Assembly: GCA_017459635.1 (NCBI GenBank)
Contig: JAFUCO010000066.1
Location: 4,797-68,796 of the forward strand
Reading direction: 5' to 3'
Origin: Blautia sp.
GTDB taxonomy: Bacteria; Bacillota; Clostridia; Lachnospirales; Lachnospiraceae
Length of the DNA: 64,000 bases
Shown here: positions 48,740 through 57,943 of the stretch, in pieces
Layout of the letters: each line of letters begins with the position of its first letter
Numbering within the stretch: position 1 is the stretch's first letter
The notes under the pieces: generated by a model
The model's database searches: none
The model's input: the letters and a program-made list of their open reading frames with translations, nothing else
Told to the model about the DNA's origin: nothing
Translations under genes and position numbers: made by a program

Positions 48740-50323
48740 TCAGATCCCCAGCATATCCGCGAAGCTCTTAAGAGCTCCGTCGGTATCGTGGGCAAGGACG
48801 CGGGTCGCGAGGACCTTGCCAAGCTGTACACCTTCCTGGTCGAAGCTGTTCACGTTCCACAGGAAGCCCTGGAACATGATCTTGTTTTCAAAATGTGAAA
48901 GCAGTGCGCCGCATGCTTCGGGAGTAAGCTGTTCTCCGATGATGAAGCTGGACGGACGGTCGCCGTCGAAGTTCTTGTTCGGGTTTTCATCCTTTTTGCC
49001 GCAGGCAAATGCAACCATCTGGGCGGCTACATTAGCGCCCAGCTTTGTCTGGCTGGTGCTGCCTTTTACGTCAACATCCTTCTCGGTCTGGCTCTTTTTG
49101 AAGCCGATGAACTGAAGCGGTATGATGTCTGTGCCCTGATGAAGCAGCTGATAGAAGGAATGCTGTCCGTTGGTTCCGGGCTCGCCGAAGATGACCGGGC
49201 CGGTCTTGTAGTTGACCGGTTCGCCGAAACGGTTTACAGATTTTCCGTTGGACTCCATGTCCGCCTGCTGCAGATGTGCCGGGAAGCGGCTGAGTGCCTG
49301 TGAGTACGGAAGGACTGCCGTAACGGCGTATCCAAGGATATTCCTCTCGTACAGACCGATCAGGGCGTCAAGCATTGCCGGATTCTTGAACGGATCTTCT
49401 TCTGTCGCCAGCTTATCCTCAGCTGCCATACCGTCAAGGAACCTTGCGAACACTTCCGGTCCGAATGCCAGTGAAAGGACTGCGCCGCCGACTGCGGAGG
49501 ATGAAGAATATCTGCCTCCGATATAGTCATCCATGAAGAATGCCGCAAGATATCCGCTGTTCTTTGCCATCGGTGAGGTCTCACTTGTTACTGCAAGCAT
49601 ATGCTTTGAAATGTCAAGTCCGGCTTTTTCAAGCGCATCTTTAACAAAGGATTCATTGGTGAGGGTTTCGAGCGTTGTGCCGGATTTAGAAACAACGATA
49701 AACAGTGACCTGCTCACGTCAACGCTGTTAAGAACTGCAACCGCATCGTCCGGGTCAACGTTGCTGATGAACTTCGCGTCCATCTTCTTGAGGCCATTTG
49801 CCGCTGCCCAGTTTTCAAGCGCAAGATAAATGGCACGCGGGCCAAGGTCGCTTCCGCCTATACCTATCTGCACTACAGTCGTAAATTTCTCGCCTTTTTC
49901 GTTTACGATCTCTCCTGAATGAACCTTTGCTGCAAATTCGGCGATCTTCTGCTGCTGTGCTTTATAGAATTCAAACTTGTCGACGCCGTCTGCCATTACT
50001 TTATCGCCAAGCTGTCCTCTGGTCAAATGATGAAGCACCAGACGCTTCTCGCCTGTGTTGATGACCGCGCCATTGTAAAGCTCCGCGAATTTTTCTGTAA
50101 GCTCAGCTTCCTTTGCCAGTGCGGCGAGCTTTTCAAGGATAACGTCATCTACTTTTTTTGCTGCATAGCAGTAAGATAAACCTTCTGCCATCGGGATACA
50201 ATATTTGGCGACTCTCGCGGCTCCGCTTTCCCCGGCCATTACCTCGGTCAGGCAAACTTTTTCGTCAAGCTCCTGCAGGTCCTTAAATGAATGTAATGTA
50301 TCAAGGTTTTTCCAATCAGCCAA
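48740..50323 (-). CDS. pgi: Glucose-6-phosphate isomerase
   Basis: GIGGSDLG, VSKSGTTLET, IGGRYS, MESNGK, GTNGQHSFYQ, FDQEGVQLGK; TTG start. Confidence 0.96.
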   Translation of the reverse strand: MADWKNLDTLHSFKDLQELDEKVCLTEVMAGESGAARVAKYCIPMAEGLSYCYAAKKVDDVILEKLAALAKEAELTEKFAELYNGAVINTGEKRLVLHHLTRGQLGDKVMADGVDKFEFYKAQQQKIAEFAAKVHSGEIVNEKGEKFTTVVQIGIGGSDLGPRAIYLALENWAAANGLKKMDAKFISNVDPDDAVAVLNSVDVSRSLFIVVSKSGTTLETLTNESFVKDALEKAGLDISKHMLAVTSETSPMAKNSGYLAAFFMDDYIGGRYSSSSAVGGAVLSLAFGPEVFARFLDGMAAEDKLATEEDPFKNPAMLDALIGLYERNILGYAVTAVLPYSQALSRFPAHLQQADMESNGKSVNRFGEPVNYKTGPVIFGEPGTNGQHSFYQLLHQGTDIIPLQFIGFKKSQTEKDVDVKGSTSQTKLGANVAAQMVAFACGKKDENPNKNFDGDRPSSFIIGEQLTPEACGALLSHFENKIMFQGFLWNVNSFDQEGVQLGKVLATRVLAHDTDGALKSFADMLGI

Positions 50324-50531
50324 TTTAATCTACCTCCTGACTTTTGTGAACGATTAAACTTATGTTTCCTCTATTGTCCGTTCAAACTGTCTGCGGCCTC
50401 TGAAGGCCTGTAATCCGATACTTATTATAACACAGCACCTGTTTCAAAAAAAGAGAAAATTGGACTGTTTTCACAGCCGCTTGCGGCTGGGCCGCGAATA
50501 GATAACGAGTTTACTGTTCACGTCCGTAAAG

Positions 50532-51209
50532 TCAGCAGTCTGCCATGGTTTTTCCTTTTCCGGTTAATCCCTGGAAATCCATAGTAAACTGATCAATAGC
50601 TGCGTCGATCGCGGCGTTCTTCACAAGGCCGTCGATGACGTCCGGCGATATAGTCACTGCCTTCACCCCATATTTAATAAGCTCCAGAACCTGCTGGCTG
50701 TTCTTGAAGCTCGCCGCCAGAAGGCCGCTGTCCAGGCCGTTTGCAGTGATCGCATCGTGGATGTCTTTGGATACCTGCACACCGTCAAAGCCCATATTGT
50801 CGATCCGGTTTACGTATGGTGCCACGTACTCTGCGCCGCATTTTGCTGCCAGAAAGCCCTGCATGGCTGTGTAGATGGCAGTGCCGATGAAACGGATTCC
50901 TTCTTTCTTCAGCTGTTTCATAGCCTTAAAGCCTTCCGGAATACAGGGAATCTTTACAAGAGTGGTCCTTCCCAGCACTTCCACGATCCTGTGTGCTTCC
51001 AGTACCATTCCCTCTGCTGTTGCCGAAGTGGCCTGTGCAAACAGTTCACCGTCCTCACCGATAATCGAGCGGATTTCCTTCAGGACCTCGTAAGGATCTC
51101 TTCCTGACTTAGCCAGGATTGAAGGGTTGGTGGAAACGCCGTCTACAGGATAATGCTCATAAATGCGCCGGATCTTCTCTACGTTTGCGTCGTCAATACA
51201 GAATTTCAT
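50532..51209 (-). CDS. fsa: Fructose-6-phosphate aldolase / transaldolase family protein
   Basis: GVSTNPSI, VKIP, APYVNRID (Tyr as in FSA), LAASFKN. Confidence 0.85.
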   Translation of the reverse strand: MKFCIDDANVEKIRRIYEHYPVDGVSTNPSILAKSGRDPYEVLKEIRSIIGEDGELFAQATSATAEGMVLEAHRIVEVLGRTTLVKIPCIPEGFKAMKQLKKEGIRFIGTAIYTAMQGFLAAKCGAEYVAPYVNRIDNMGFDGVQVSKDIHDAITANGLDSGLLAASFKNSQQVLELIKYGVKAVTISPDVIDGLVKNAAIDAAIDQFTMDFQGLTGKGKTMADC

Positions 51210-51244
51210 TGTGTGCCTCCTTATATATAAACACTGTTTCCAAT

Positions 51245-53656
51245 TTATAATGTCTGTTCCGTTCTTCCGATAATATCATCCTGCGTTGCCTTGCTCAGAA
51301 CGTTAAAGAATGCGCTGTATCCTGCCACACGGACGATAAGATCCCTGTGCTTCTCCGGATGAGTCTGGGCATCCAGCAGGGTTGCCTTATCCACAACATT
51401 ATACTGCACATGGTAGCCTTCCAGGCGATTGAAGAATGCGCGGATGATAAATTCCAGTTTCTTTGTATTCTCATCTGTAGAGAGCATGGCAGGCGTGACC
51501 TTCTGGTTTAGGAGCACTCCGCCTGTGATCTCATGTGTAGGGAGCTTGGATACACTCTTGAACACAGCAGTCGGGCCATGCCTGTCCATGGAATGTGCAG
51601 GCGAGCAGCCTTCTGCAAGAGGTTCCCTGGCATGGCGGCCATCCGGGGTTGCCATGGTGCCGAAGCCCTGTCCTACATTCGCTGAGATCGAAGAAGTCCC
51701 TCCATAGCGGATACCGCCTATCGGGCCCCTTCCGAAGCGTGTATTCTTGTATTTTTTCATCTCATCCAGATAGGATGCATAAGCTTCTATCACCAGCCTG
51801 TCAGCATAATCATCGTCGTTGCCGTATTTAGGCGCATCATTGATCAGCATCTGGCGGATTCTCTCACCTTCCTCACCGGCAAAATCTGCAGCCAGCGCAT
51901 TCATGAGCTCATCAGGGGAAATCTTCTTCTCTTCATAAACCAGTTTTTTGATCGCGGAAAGGCTGTCGGCCATATTTGCGATGCCAACCTGCAGGCCGGA
52001 AATGAAATCATATACTGCGCCGCCTTCTTTGATGGTCTTGCCCCTGCCCAGGCAGTCCTGCGTGAGACACGAGCAGAGAATATCAGGAACCTCCCGCTCG
52101 CTGGCAAGGTCAATAGCATTCTCCACAATGACACTTGCGCGGGTCAGTTCCCGTATCGCGCCGTCCCATGCTTTCATGAGATCGTCAAAAGATTCCATAT
52201 CCCGGAAGTTTCCGTAGTCTTTTACAAATCTCTTTCCGCTGGTCACATCAATGCCGTTGTTCATTACCATAAGAAGGATGCGCGGGAAGTTCAGATAGCT
52301 CATGCCTGTGCAGCGATAGCCCCACTTACCGGGCACGGCAGTTTCCACGCAGCCGATGGCAGAATAGCAGTAAGCGTCCTCTTTTTTGACGCCCTTCTCA
52401 ATAAAGGAAGGAATAATGACCTCATCGTTGTTGAAAGCAGGCATTCCGGTTCCAAGCTTTAAGACCTCGAACGCCTCGTCCAGGAATGCCTGGTTTATGT
52501 TCCTGTGATAGCGGACTGTCAGATTAGGCTGTGGAAGCCTCGTCTGCCCAATTGACCTAAGGACCAGGAAGGACAGCTTGTTGACAGCATCCCTGCCGTC
52601 CGCAGTCTGTCCGCCGATCGTGACATTCTGGTACATTGGGCTTCCGGCACTGGAATAAGTGTGTGCCTGGGAGCGGACCTTATTGATGGTCAATGTTTTG
52701 ATCCAGAGGTTGGTGAGCAGCTCCACAGCCTGATCTTCATTGATCCGCCCGTTTTCCAGATCGGATGCCAGGTACGGGTATACGTATTGGTCAAAACGGC
52801 CATAGCTGAGGGAATGTCCGTTTGATTCAATCTGCAGTATCAGCTGGATGAACCATACAGCCTGTACTGCCTCGTAAAAAGTCTCTGCCGGTTCATAAGG
52901 AACCTTGTCACAGATACGGGCGATTTCAAACAGTTCAGCTTTCCTGGATCCTTCTTCTCCTTCTGCTTTCTCGCGGGCCAATGCCGCAAAACGCTTTGTG
53001 AATTCCCTGACCGCATCGATCACTATCAGAACTGCCTTATAGAACTGATATTTATCTATTGATTCCGGCTCGGTCAGGTCCAGATCTTCCTTAAGCTTTC
53101 TTGCACGGTCTTCATAACCCTTCAGGCCCGTCTTCAGCATATTGCCGTAGTCTACAGCCAGGTGAGCGTCACCTGCATTGAGCTTACCTTCCATACCGAA
53201 GAATCCGGTATCCATATATACCTGCATTTCTTCCGGTATAAGGGCCTCCCCTCGTGCTCTCAGGTTGTTGTTCTCCCAGAATGGAGCTATCTCACGAAGC
53301 TGCCGCTTTGTCTCTTCCGTGATATAGAAGACATCGCCGTCACGCTTCTCGAAAAGATCCAGTTCGTCCATAATGAACTTCATAGTATACTCTGGGAAAA
53401 CCGGCGCTCCGCGATTGACGGAAGACTGATTACCGGCCAGCAGGGTCTCGTCCTCAATATATATATCCATCTTCGAAAGAATGTTCTGCAGCATCAGTGC
53501 CCTCTTCATTACAGGAGGCTGATTCAGATTCTTCTTATAGCTTTCTGTTGCAAGGACAGCGCGCTGTGCATCTATATATGGTTTCTGATCCAGAACACTC
53601 TTGCGATATGCCTGCATTCTTGGTGTCAGGGATCCGAAATGCGCTATATTTTCCAT
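51245..53656 (-). CDS. ybiW: Glycyl radical enzyme, YbiW-type
   Basis: ESNGHSLSYGRFDQ, SAGSPMYQNVTIGG, single-Cys loop SAIGCVETAVPGKWGYRCTG, Gly loop VRVAGYS. Confidence 0.82.
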   Translation of the reverse strand: MENIAHFGSLTPRMQAYRKSVLDQKPYIDAQRAVLATESYKKNLNQPPVMKRALMLQNILSKMDIYIEDETLLAGNQSSVNRGAPVFPEYTMKFIMDELDLFEKRDGDVFYITEETKRQLREIAPFWENNNLRARGEALIPEEMQVYMDTGFFGMEGKLNAGDAHLAVDYGNMLKTGLKGYEDRARKLKEDLDLTEPESIDKYQFYKAVLIVIDAVREFTKRFAALAREKAEGEEGSRKAELFEIARICDKVPYEPAETFYEAVQAVWFIQLILQIESNGHSLSYGRFDQYVYPYLASDLENGRINEDQAVELLTNLWIKTLTINKVRSQAHTYSSAGSPMYQNVTIGGQTADGRDAVNKLSFLVLRSIGQTRLPQPNLTVRYHRNINQAFLDEAFEVLKLGTGMPAFNNDEVIIPSFIEKGVKKEDAYCYSAIGCVETAVPGKWGYRCTGMSYLNFPRILLMVMNNGIDVTSGKRFVKDYGNFRDMESFDDLMKAWDGAIRELTRASVIVENAIDLASEREVPDILCSCLTQDCLGRGKTIKEGGAVYDFISGLQVGIANMADSLSAIKKLVYEEKKISPDELMNALAADFAGEEGERIRQMLINDAPKYGNDDDYADRLVIEAYASYLDEMKKYKNTRFGRGPIGGIRYGGTSSISANVGQGFGTMATPDGRHAREPLAEGCSPAHSMDRHGPTAVFKSVSKLPTHEITGGVLLNQKVTPAMLSTDENTKKLEFIIRAFFNRLEGYHVQYNVVDKATLLDAQTHPEKHRDLIVRVAGYSAFFNVLSKATQDDIIGRTEQTL

Positions 53657-53711
53657 TTTACTTCTCCTATAATTTCTATCACAATTTATTTTCATTTCGT
53701 TCGCAGTCTTT

Positions 53712-53739
53712 ATTATATCACATCGCTTTCATTTGTCAA
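53712..53739 (-). promoter_or_regulatory. Sigma-A promoter of the GRE-fsa operon with cre-like site in the spacer
   Basis: TTGACA-N16-TATAAT; spacer contains TGAAAGCGATGTGA, close to the CcpA/LacI cre consensus. Confidence 0.55.
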
Positions 53740-53927
53740 TTTAAATTTTGTTCAAAATGTTTTTAAATTTCATACGTAATTTTTGCTTTACATGATAGTC
53801 GCAGGATGTTAAAATAAGGTTACTGTTCACGGCACAGCCGCAAGATGCCGTGAATAGCAGCAAAATAAGAACATGCAGGAAACAAAGCATGTTTTCCGGG
53901 AGCAGCATTTGGGAGGTGTTTCATTAT

Positions 53928-54833
53928 ATGAAAAATATCAAAGGTATCATATTTAATATACAGAAGTTTTCCATACACGACGGTCCTGGTGTGAGGACCA
54001 CCGTCTTTCTGAAAGGATGCCCGCTTCGCTGCAAGTGGTGTTCTAATCCGGAGTCTCAGCTTTCCGGAGTGCAGGTCATGTACCACAGCGATCACTGCCT
54101 TCACTGTCAGAAATGTGTACGCTCCTGTCCGAAAGCAGCAGTCACCATGGCGCAGGACGGAAGGATCCTCATTGATTTCAACAGATGCACAGGATGCCTG
54201 GACTGTGTGCAGGGCTGCCCCGGCAGGGCACTGACAAATGAAGGGGAATATAAAACCGTAGATGAGATAGCAGAAGTATGTATGCAGGATGTTGATTTTT
54301 ATGAAGAATCCGGAGGCGGTGTGACCATATCCGGAGGCGAAGGCATGGTACAGCCTGATTTTGTGGAAGCACTGGTCCTGCATCTTAAAGAAAAAGGAAT
54401 TCACACATCGATCGAAACCACCGGACATGTCAGCCCGGAAATATTCCACAGGCTTGCCCCGCTCTTCGATCTCCTGCTATTTGATATAAAGCAGTATGAT
54501 TCTGAAAAGCATAAAAAAGGGACAGGTGCCGGCACAGAGCTTATTCATAAGAACCTCAGGTGGGCTTACGAACAGGGCCTGAATATTCTGCCTCGTATTC
54601 CCGTAATCCCGGGCTTTAATGCAGACCTTCAGGACGCGGAGGGAATCACAGCACTCCTTCAGGAAATCGGACTAAAGCGTGTACAGCTCCTCCCGTTCCA
54701 TCAGATGGGGGAGCGCAAATACGAATTCTTAAACAGAACTTATGAAATGACCGGTATAAAAGCGCTGCACCCGGAAGACCTCACTGAATATCAGAAGATA
54801 TTTCTCAGTCAGGGAATCGAGTGTTTTTTCTGA
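53928..54833 (+). CDS. Glycyl radical enzyme activating protein (radical SAM, ferredoxin insert)
   Basis: HDGPGVRTTVFLKGCPLRCKWCSNPES, two CxxCxxCxxxCP motifs, GGVTISGGE. Confidence 0.94.
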   Translation: MKNIKGIIFNIQKFSIHDGPGVRTTVFLKGCPLRCKWCSNPESQLSGVQVMYHSDHCLHCQKCVRSCPKAAVTMAQDGRILIDFNRCTGCLDCVQGCPGRALTNEGEYKTVDEIAEVCMQDVDFYEESGGGVTISGGEGMVQPDFVEALVLHLKEKGIHTSIETTGHVSPEIFHRLAPLFDLLLFDIKQYDSEKHKKGTGAGTELIHKNLRWAYEQGLNILPRIPVIPGFNADLQDAEGITALLQEIGLKRVQLLPFHQMGERKYEFLNRTYEMTGIKALHPEDLTEYQKIFLSQGIECFF

Positions 54834-54859
54834 ACATAATTACTTATGAACGAAAGAAA

Positions 54860-55030
54860 ATTTTCCTTACGGGGGCTGAGCCCTCCATTCGGAATCTCGC
54901 CCTTGCGGGCTTCACCGCCGCTTCGCGAAAAAGATTCCTCATGAAGGGCTCAGACCCTGTAAGGAAATATACTCTGCTCTGCTCATGCAAGCATGGCAGA
55001 GCAGAGTATATTTCCTTACGGCCGTGAATA
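54860..55030. repeat. Structured intergenic repeat, family B (most complete copy)
   Basis: Nested inverted repeats tttccttac...gtaaggaaa plus hairpin atatactctgctctgc...gcagagcagagtatat. Confidence 0.85.
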
Positions 55031-55116
55031 ACTAAAGATCAAATTGCAAGTACAGACTCTTTATGATACAATTTTTATATAATTATTCTCAAATCTAATA
55101 CAAAGGAGGATTATTT

Positions 55117-56067
55117 ATGAAAATTCTTGGCATCGTAGCAGGCAGACATGGTGGAAACAGCGAAATACTTGTCAAAGAAGCACTTTCCGCAGCTCAGGCA
55201 AAAGGTGCGGAATGTAAAATGATCAATCTTTTTGACTATCACATCGAACACTGCACCGGCTGCGAAAGCTGTACTATGCAGATGGGCGAAGTAGCCATGG
55301 ATCCCACCAAGAAATACAAAGGATGTATTCTTAAGGAAAAGGACGACATGGATAAGATCGTCAATGAGATGCAGACCTGCGGCGGCGTTATCATCGGCGT
55401 TCCGACCTATGACCTGACACCAAGCTCCATCTATCTTAAATTTGCCCAGAGATTCCTGGCATATGAGCTTTCATTCCGTCTTGAGATCGGTGATGTTCAG
55501 GAAGATCCTCACACTGTAGGCGGCCTCATCGCAGTAGGCGGTTCATGTCACGACTGGCAGACACTTTCTCTGGAAGCTATGGGCGCTACCATGTTCACCC
55601 AGTCTATCACTGTTGTAGACCAGATGATGTCAACAAGAAACGGCCGTCCGGGCAACGTTCTGTTAAGGCCCGAGCAGCTTGAGCGCGCTCATAAGATGGG
55701 CGAGAATATTGTTGAAGCGATCAAGACTCCTGTTGAAGAAAGACATTGGATGGGCGATCCCGATCAGGGTCTCTGCCCTAACTGCCATTCCGGCCTGATC
55801 TTCAAAGGCGAGCCTCACTGGGACGGACTCCAGTATCCGTTTGAGTGCGCAGTATGCGGCGCCGGCGGCGATCTTGTAAAGGATGAATCCGGAGAAGTTA
55901 AATTTGTCCTTGCCCCGAACGGACTTGACAGAGACAGGAACAAGAATGAATCCCGCGCACTTCACCTGAAAGAGATCGTAGCAACAAGGATCGATTTCAT
56001 GAAGAGACAGGGCGAGATCCAGGATATCAAGAAACATTACAAGGATATCACTTTCCCGGCTATCTGA
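55117..56067 (+). CDS. Flavodoxin-family / iron-sulfur flavoprotein with C-terminal Zn-ribbon-like motif
   Basis: MKILGI..GNSE, CTGCESC..C..DDM, GVPTY; CPNCH and CAVCG. Confidence 0.8.
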   Translation: MKILGIVAGRHGGNSEILVKEALSAAQAKGAECKMINLFDYHIEHCTGCESCTMQMGEVAMDPTKKYKGCILKEKDDMDKIVNEMQTCGGVIIGVPTYDLTPSSIYLKFAQRFLAYELSFRLEIGDVQEDPHTVGGLIAVGGSCHDWQTLSLEAMGATMFTQSITVVDQMMSTRNGRPGNVLLRPEQLERAHKMGENIVEAIKTPVEERHWMGDPDQGLCPNCHSGLIFKGEPHWDGLQYPFECAVCGAGGDLVKDESGEVKFVLAPNGLDRDRNKNESRALHLKEIVATRIDFMKRQGEIQDIKKHYKDITFPAI

Positions 56068-56094
56068 TTAATACATAGCGAACGGATCCGGTGC

Positions 56095-56170
56095 TGGAAT
56101 AAGACAGGGGACGGTTCTCCGTCTTACTTTTTTAAAGTAAGACGGAGAACCGTCCCCTGTCTTATTCCAG
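56095..56170. repeat. REP-like palindrome, family A
   Basis: Long stem ctggaataagacaggggacggttctccgtcttacttt...aaagtaagacggagaaccgtcccctgtcttattccag between convergent genes. Confidence 0.9.
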
Positions 56171-56249
56171 AATGAGATTACCAAAAGTCACCGGAAAATG
56201 CCAGAGCGCTGTATATCAGGCGTTTGTGAAAGCAATTCCATGTTCTGTT

Positions 56250-56972
56250 CTACATCCATGGGATATATGATGCAGCGACAGCCAGTATGACTGCCGGGAG
56301 CATGTTGGCTACTCTCACTTTTTTCCCGAATACCAGATTCAGTCCGACGCAGAAGATGATTATTGACCCTATCAGTGACAGATATGCGGATGCTGTTTCT
56401 GTCATTATCGGGGCGATGAGCCTCGAGAGGAGGGTTATGCTTCCTTCGAACAGTAATACCGGTATTGCGGAAAATATGCATCCTTTCCCAAGTGAGGAGG
56501 TCATGACGGCTATGATTATACAGTCCAACACGGATTTCACTGCCAGCATGGAATAGTCTCCGGTGATACCGTCCTGAATTGCCCCTACTATTGCCATTGC
56601 TCCTATACATACGGTCAGGGAGGCTGTCACGAAGGCGTTTACAAAACCTGCGTCTTTGCTGTTTCCGGTTTTCTGCTTCAGCCATTCGCCAAAGGTCTCA
56701 AAACCTTTTTCTATTCCGATCATTTCTCCGATCATTGTACCGGCTGCCAGGCAAAGCACAACGAGCATTGATTTTCCACTGACCAGTTTTCCCCCGTCTA
56801 TGTTCAGCATTCCCTGCATTGCTCCTGCAATGGCAATGAATATCACACTAATACCGCATGCGGTATTCATGGCTTCCTGCTGCTCCTGGCGAAAAAACCT
56901 GCCTGCGAAATGTCCTATTGCTCCTCCTGCCACTATGGCCGCACTATTGATTATTGTTCCTAAGCCCATCAT
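56250..56972 (-). CDS. DUF554 family membrane protein
   Basis: GTIIN, FVTASL.VCIGAMAIVG, KSVLD, VANMLPA. Confidence 0.88.
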   Translation of the reverse strand: MMGLGTIINSAAIVAGGAIGHFAGRFFRQEQQEAMNTACGISVIFIAIAGAMQGMLNIDGGKLVSGKSMLVVLCLAAGTMIGEMIGIEKGFETFGEWLKQKTGNSKDAGFVNAFVTASLTVCIGAMAIVGAIQDGITGDYSMLAVKSVLDCIIIAVMTSSLGKGCIFSAIPVLLFEGSITLLSRLIAPIMTETASAYLSLIGSIIIFCVGLNLVFGKKVRVANMLPAVILAVAASYIPWM

Positions 56973-57009
56973 TTGTATCTATCTCCACAGTTTCTCAGCT
57001 ACTTGGTCT

Positions 57010-57135
57010 TAAGGTCTCACAACAAGTCCGGTCTCAAGTCTGATCTTTTCTCAATTCCAGTCTTGTCTCAAATCTGATCCTGTCTCAATTCCAGTCTTAT
57101 CTCAATACTGACCTTATCTCAGTTCTGACCTTATC
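57010..57135. repeat. Degenerate ~17-bp tandem repeat (tctcaa..cYg.tctt)
   Basis: About 6-7 imperfect units read directly. Confidence 0.65.
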
Positions 57136-57169
57136 AAAGCACTGTTCTCATTTCAATTACTATCTGCTC

Positions 57170-57943
57170 TCAGTTCAAGATAAAAGCAGTCATCTCTTCC
57201 TTTACTTTCTGCCTGTTTGCTCCTTTGAATCCGTGTCCTGAGCCTTCAAGCACAACCAGTCTGGCATCTTTGTATGCTTCAGCTGCCTGTTCTGAATACT
57301 CCAGTGGAACATAGGTATCCTTATCACCATTGAAAATGATGACCGGCTTCTCATAGACAGCTATGCGTTCGAACACATCCGGTACGATATATTGATCTAT
57401 GCTGTCTCCGCTGTCTTTGAACGCGTCGGATATCACAAAAAACGGATAATGCAGCAGAAGTCCCGCAACATCTTCCGGCCTTTCTGAAGCTGTAAGCGCC
57501 GCAACACTTCCGCCAAGGCTTTTTCCCGCCAGATACAGGCCGTTGGTCTGCAGCCACGGCTGTGTAAGCATGTAGTCCGCAATTCCATTCATATCTTCTA
57601 TCTCGGTATAAAGGTTCATCTCCACATAGCTGCTCTTGCTGTCTTCACTGCCTCCGCAGAAATCAAACACATAACAGGCAATTCCATGGGAAGCAAGATA
57701 GCTGCCATAATCCAGGTTGTCGGAATAGCTTCCGCCATACCCGTGCCCAAGAACTACCAGAGGGCAGCTCTTTCCCGCAAAGCGAGGCCGGAACAGATGT
57801 CCGTAAACATCCCTTTCTTCCTTTGTATGGATAACAAGCTCCTCTTCACGATATCTTACCCTGAAAAACAGAAAAACAGAAGCACTTATCCCGATACCGC
57901 ACAGCAAAATAAGGATCAATATCATCCATCGTTTTCTTTTCAT
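57170..57943 (-). CDS. Membrane-anchored or exported alpha/beta hydrolase
   Basis: N-terminal hydrophobic helix, HGYGG, FDFCGG, GKSLGG, GDKD, GHGF; ATGA overlap with metH. Confidence 0.85.
   Translation of the reverse strand: MKRKRWMILILILLCGIGISASVFLFFRVRYREEELVIHTKEERDVYGHLFRPRFAGKSCPLVVLGHGYGGSYSDNLDYGSYLASHGIACYVFDFCGGSEDSKSSYVEMNLYTEIEDMNGIADYMLTQPWLQTNGLYLAGKSLGGSVAALTASERPEDVAGLLLHYPFFVISDAFKDSGDSIDQYIVPDVFERIAVYEKPVIIFNGDKDTYVPLEYSEQAAEAYKDARLVVLEGSGHGFKGANRQKVKEEMTAFILN

Noticed and set aside
51245-53656. Annotation as pyruvate formate-lyase
   Set aside because: Single Cys (GCVE) rather than the adjacent Cys-Cys of true PFL; motifs match the YbiW type.
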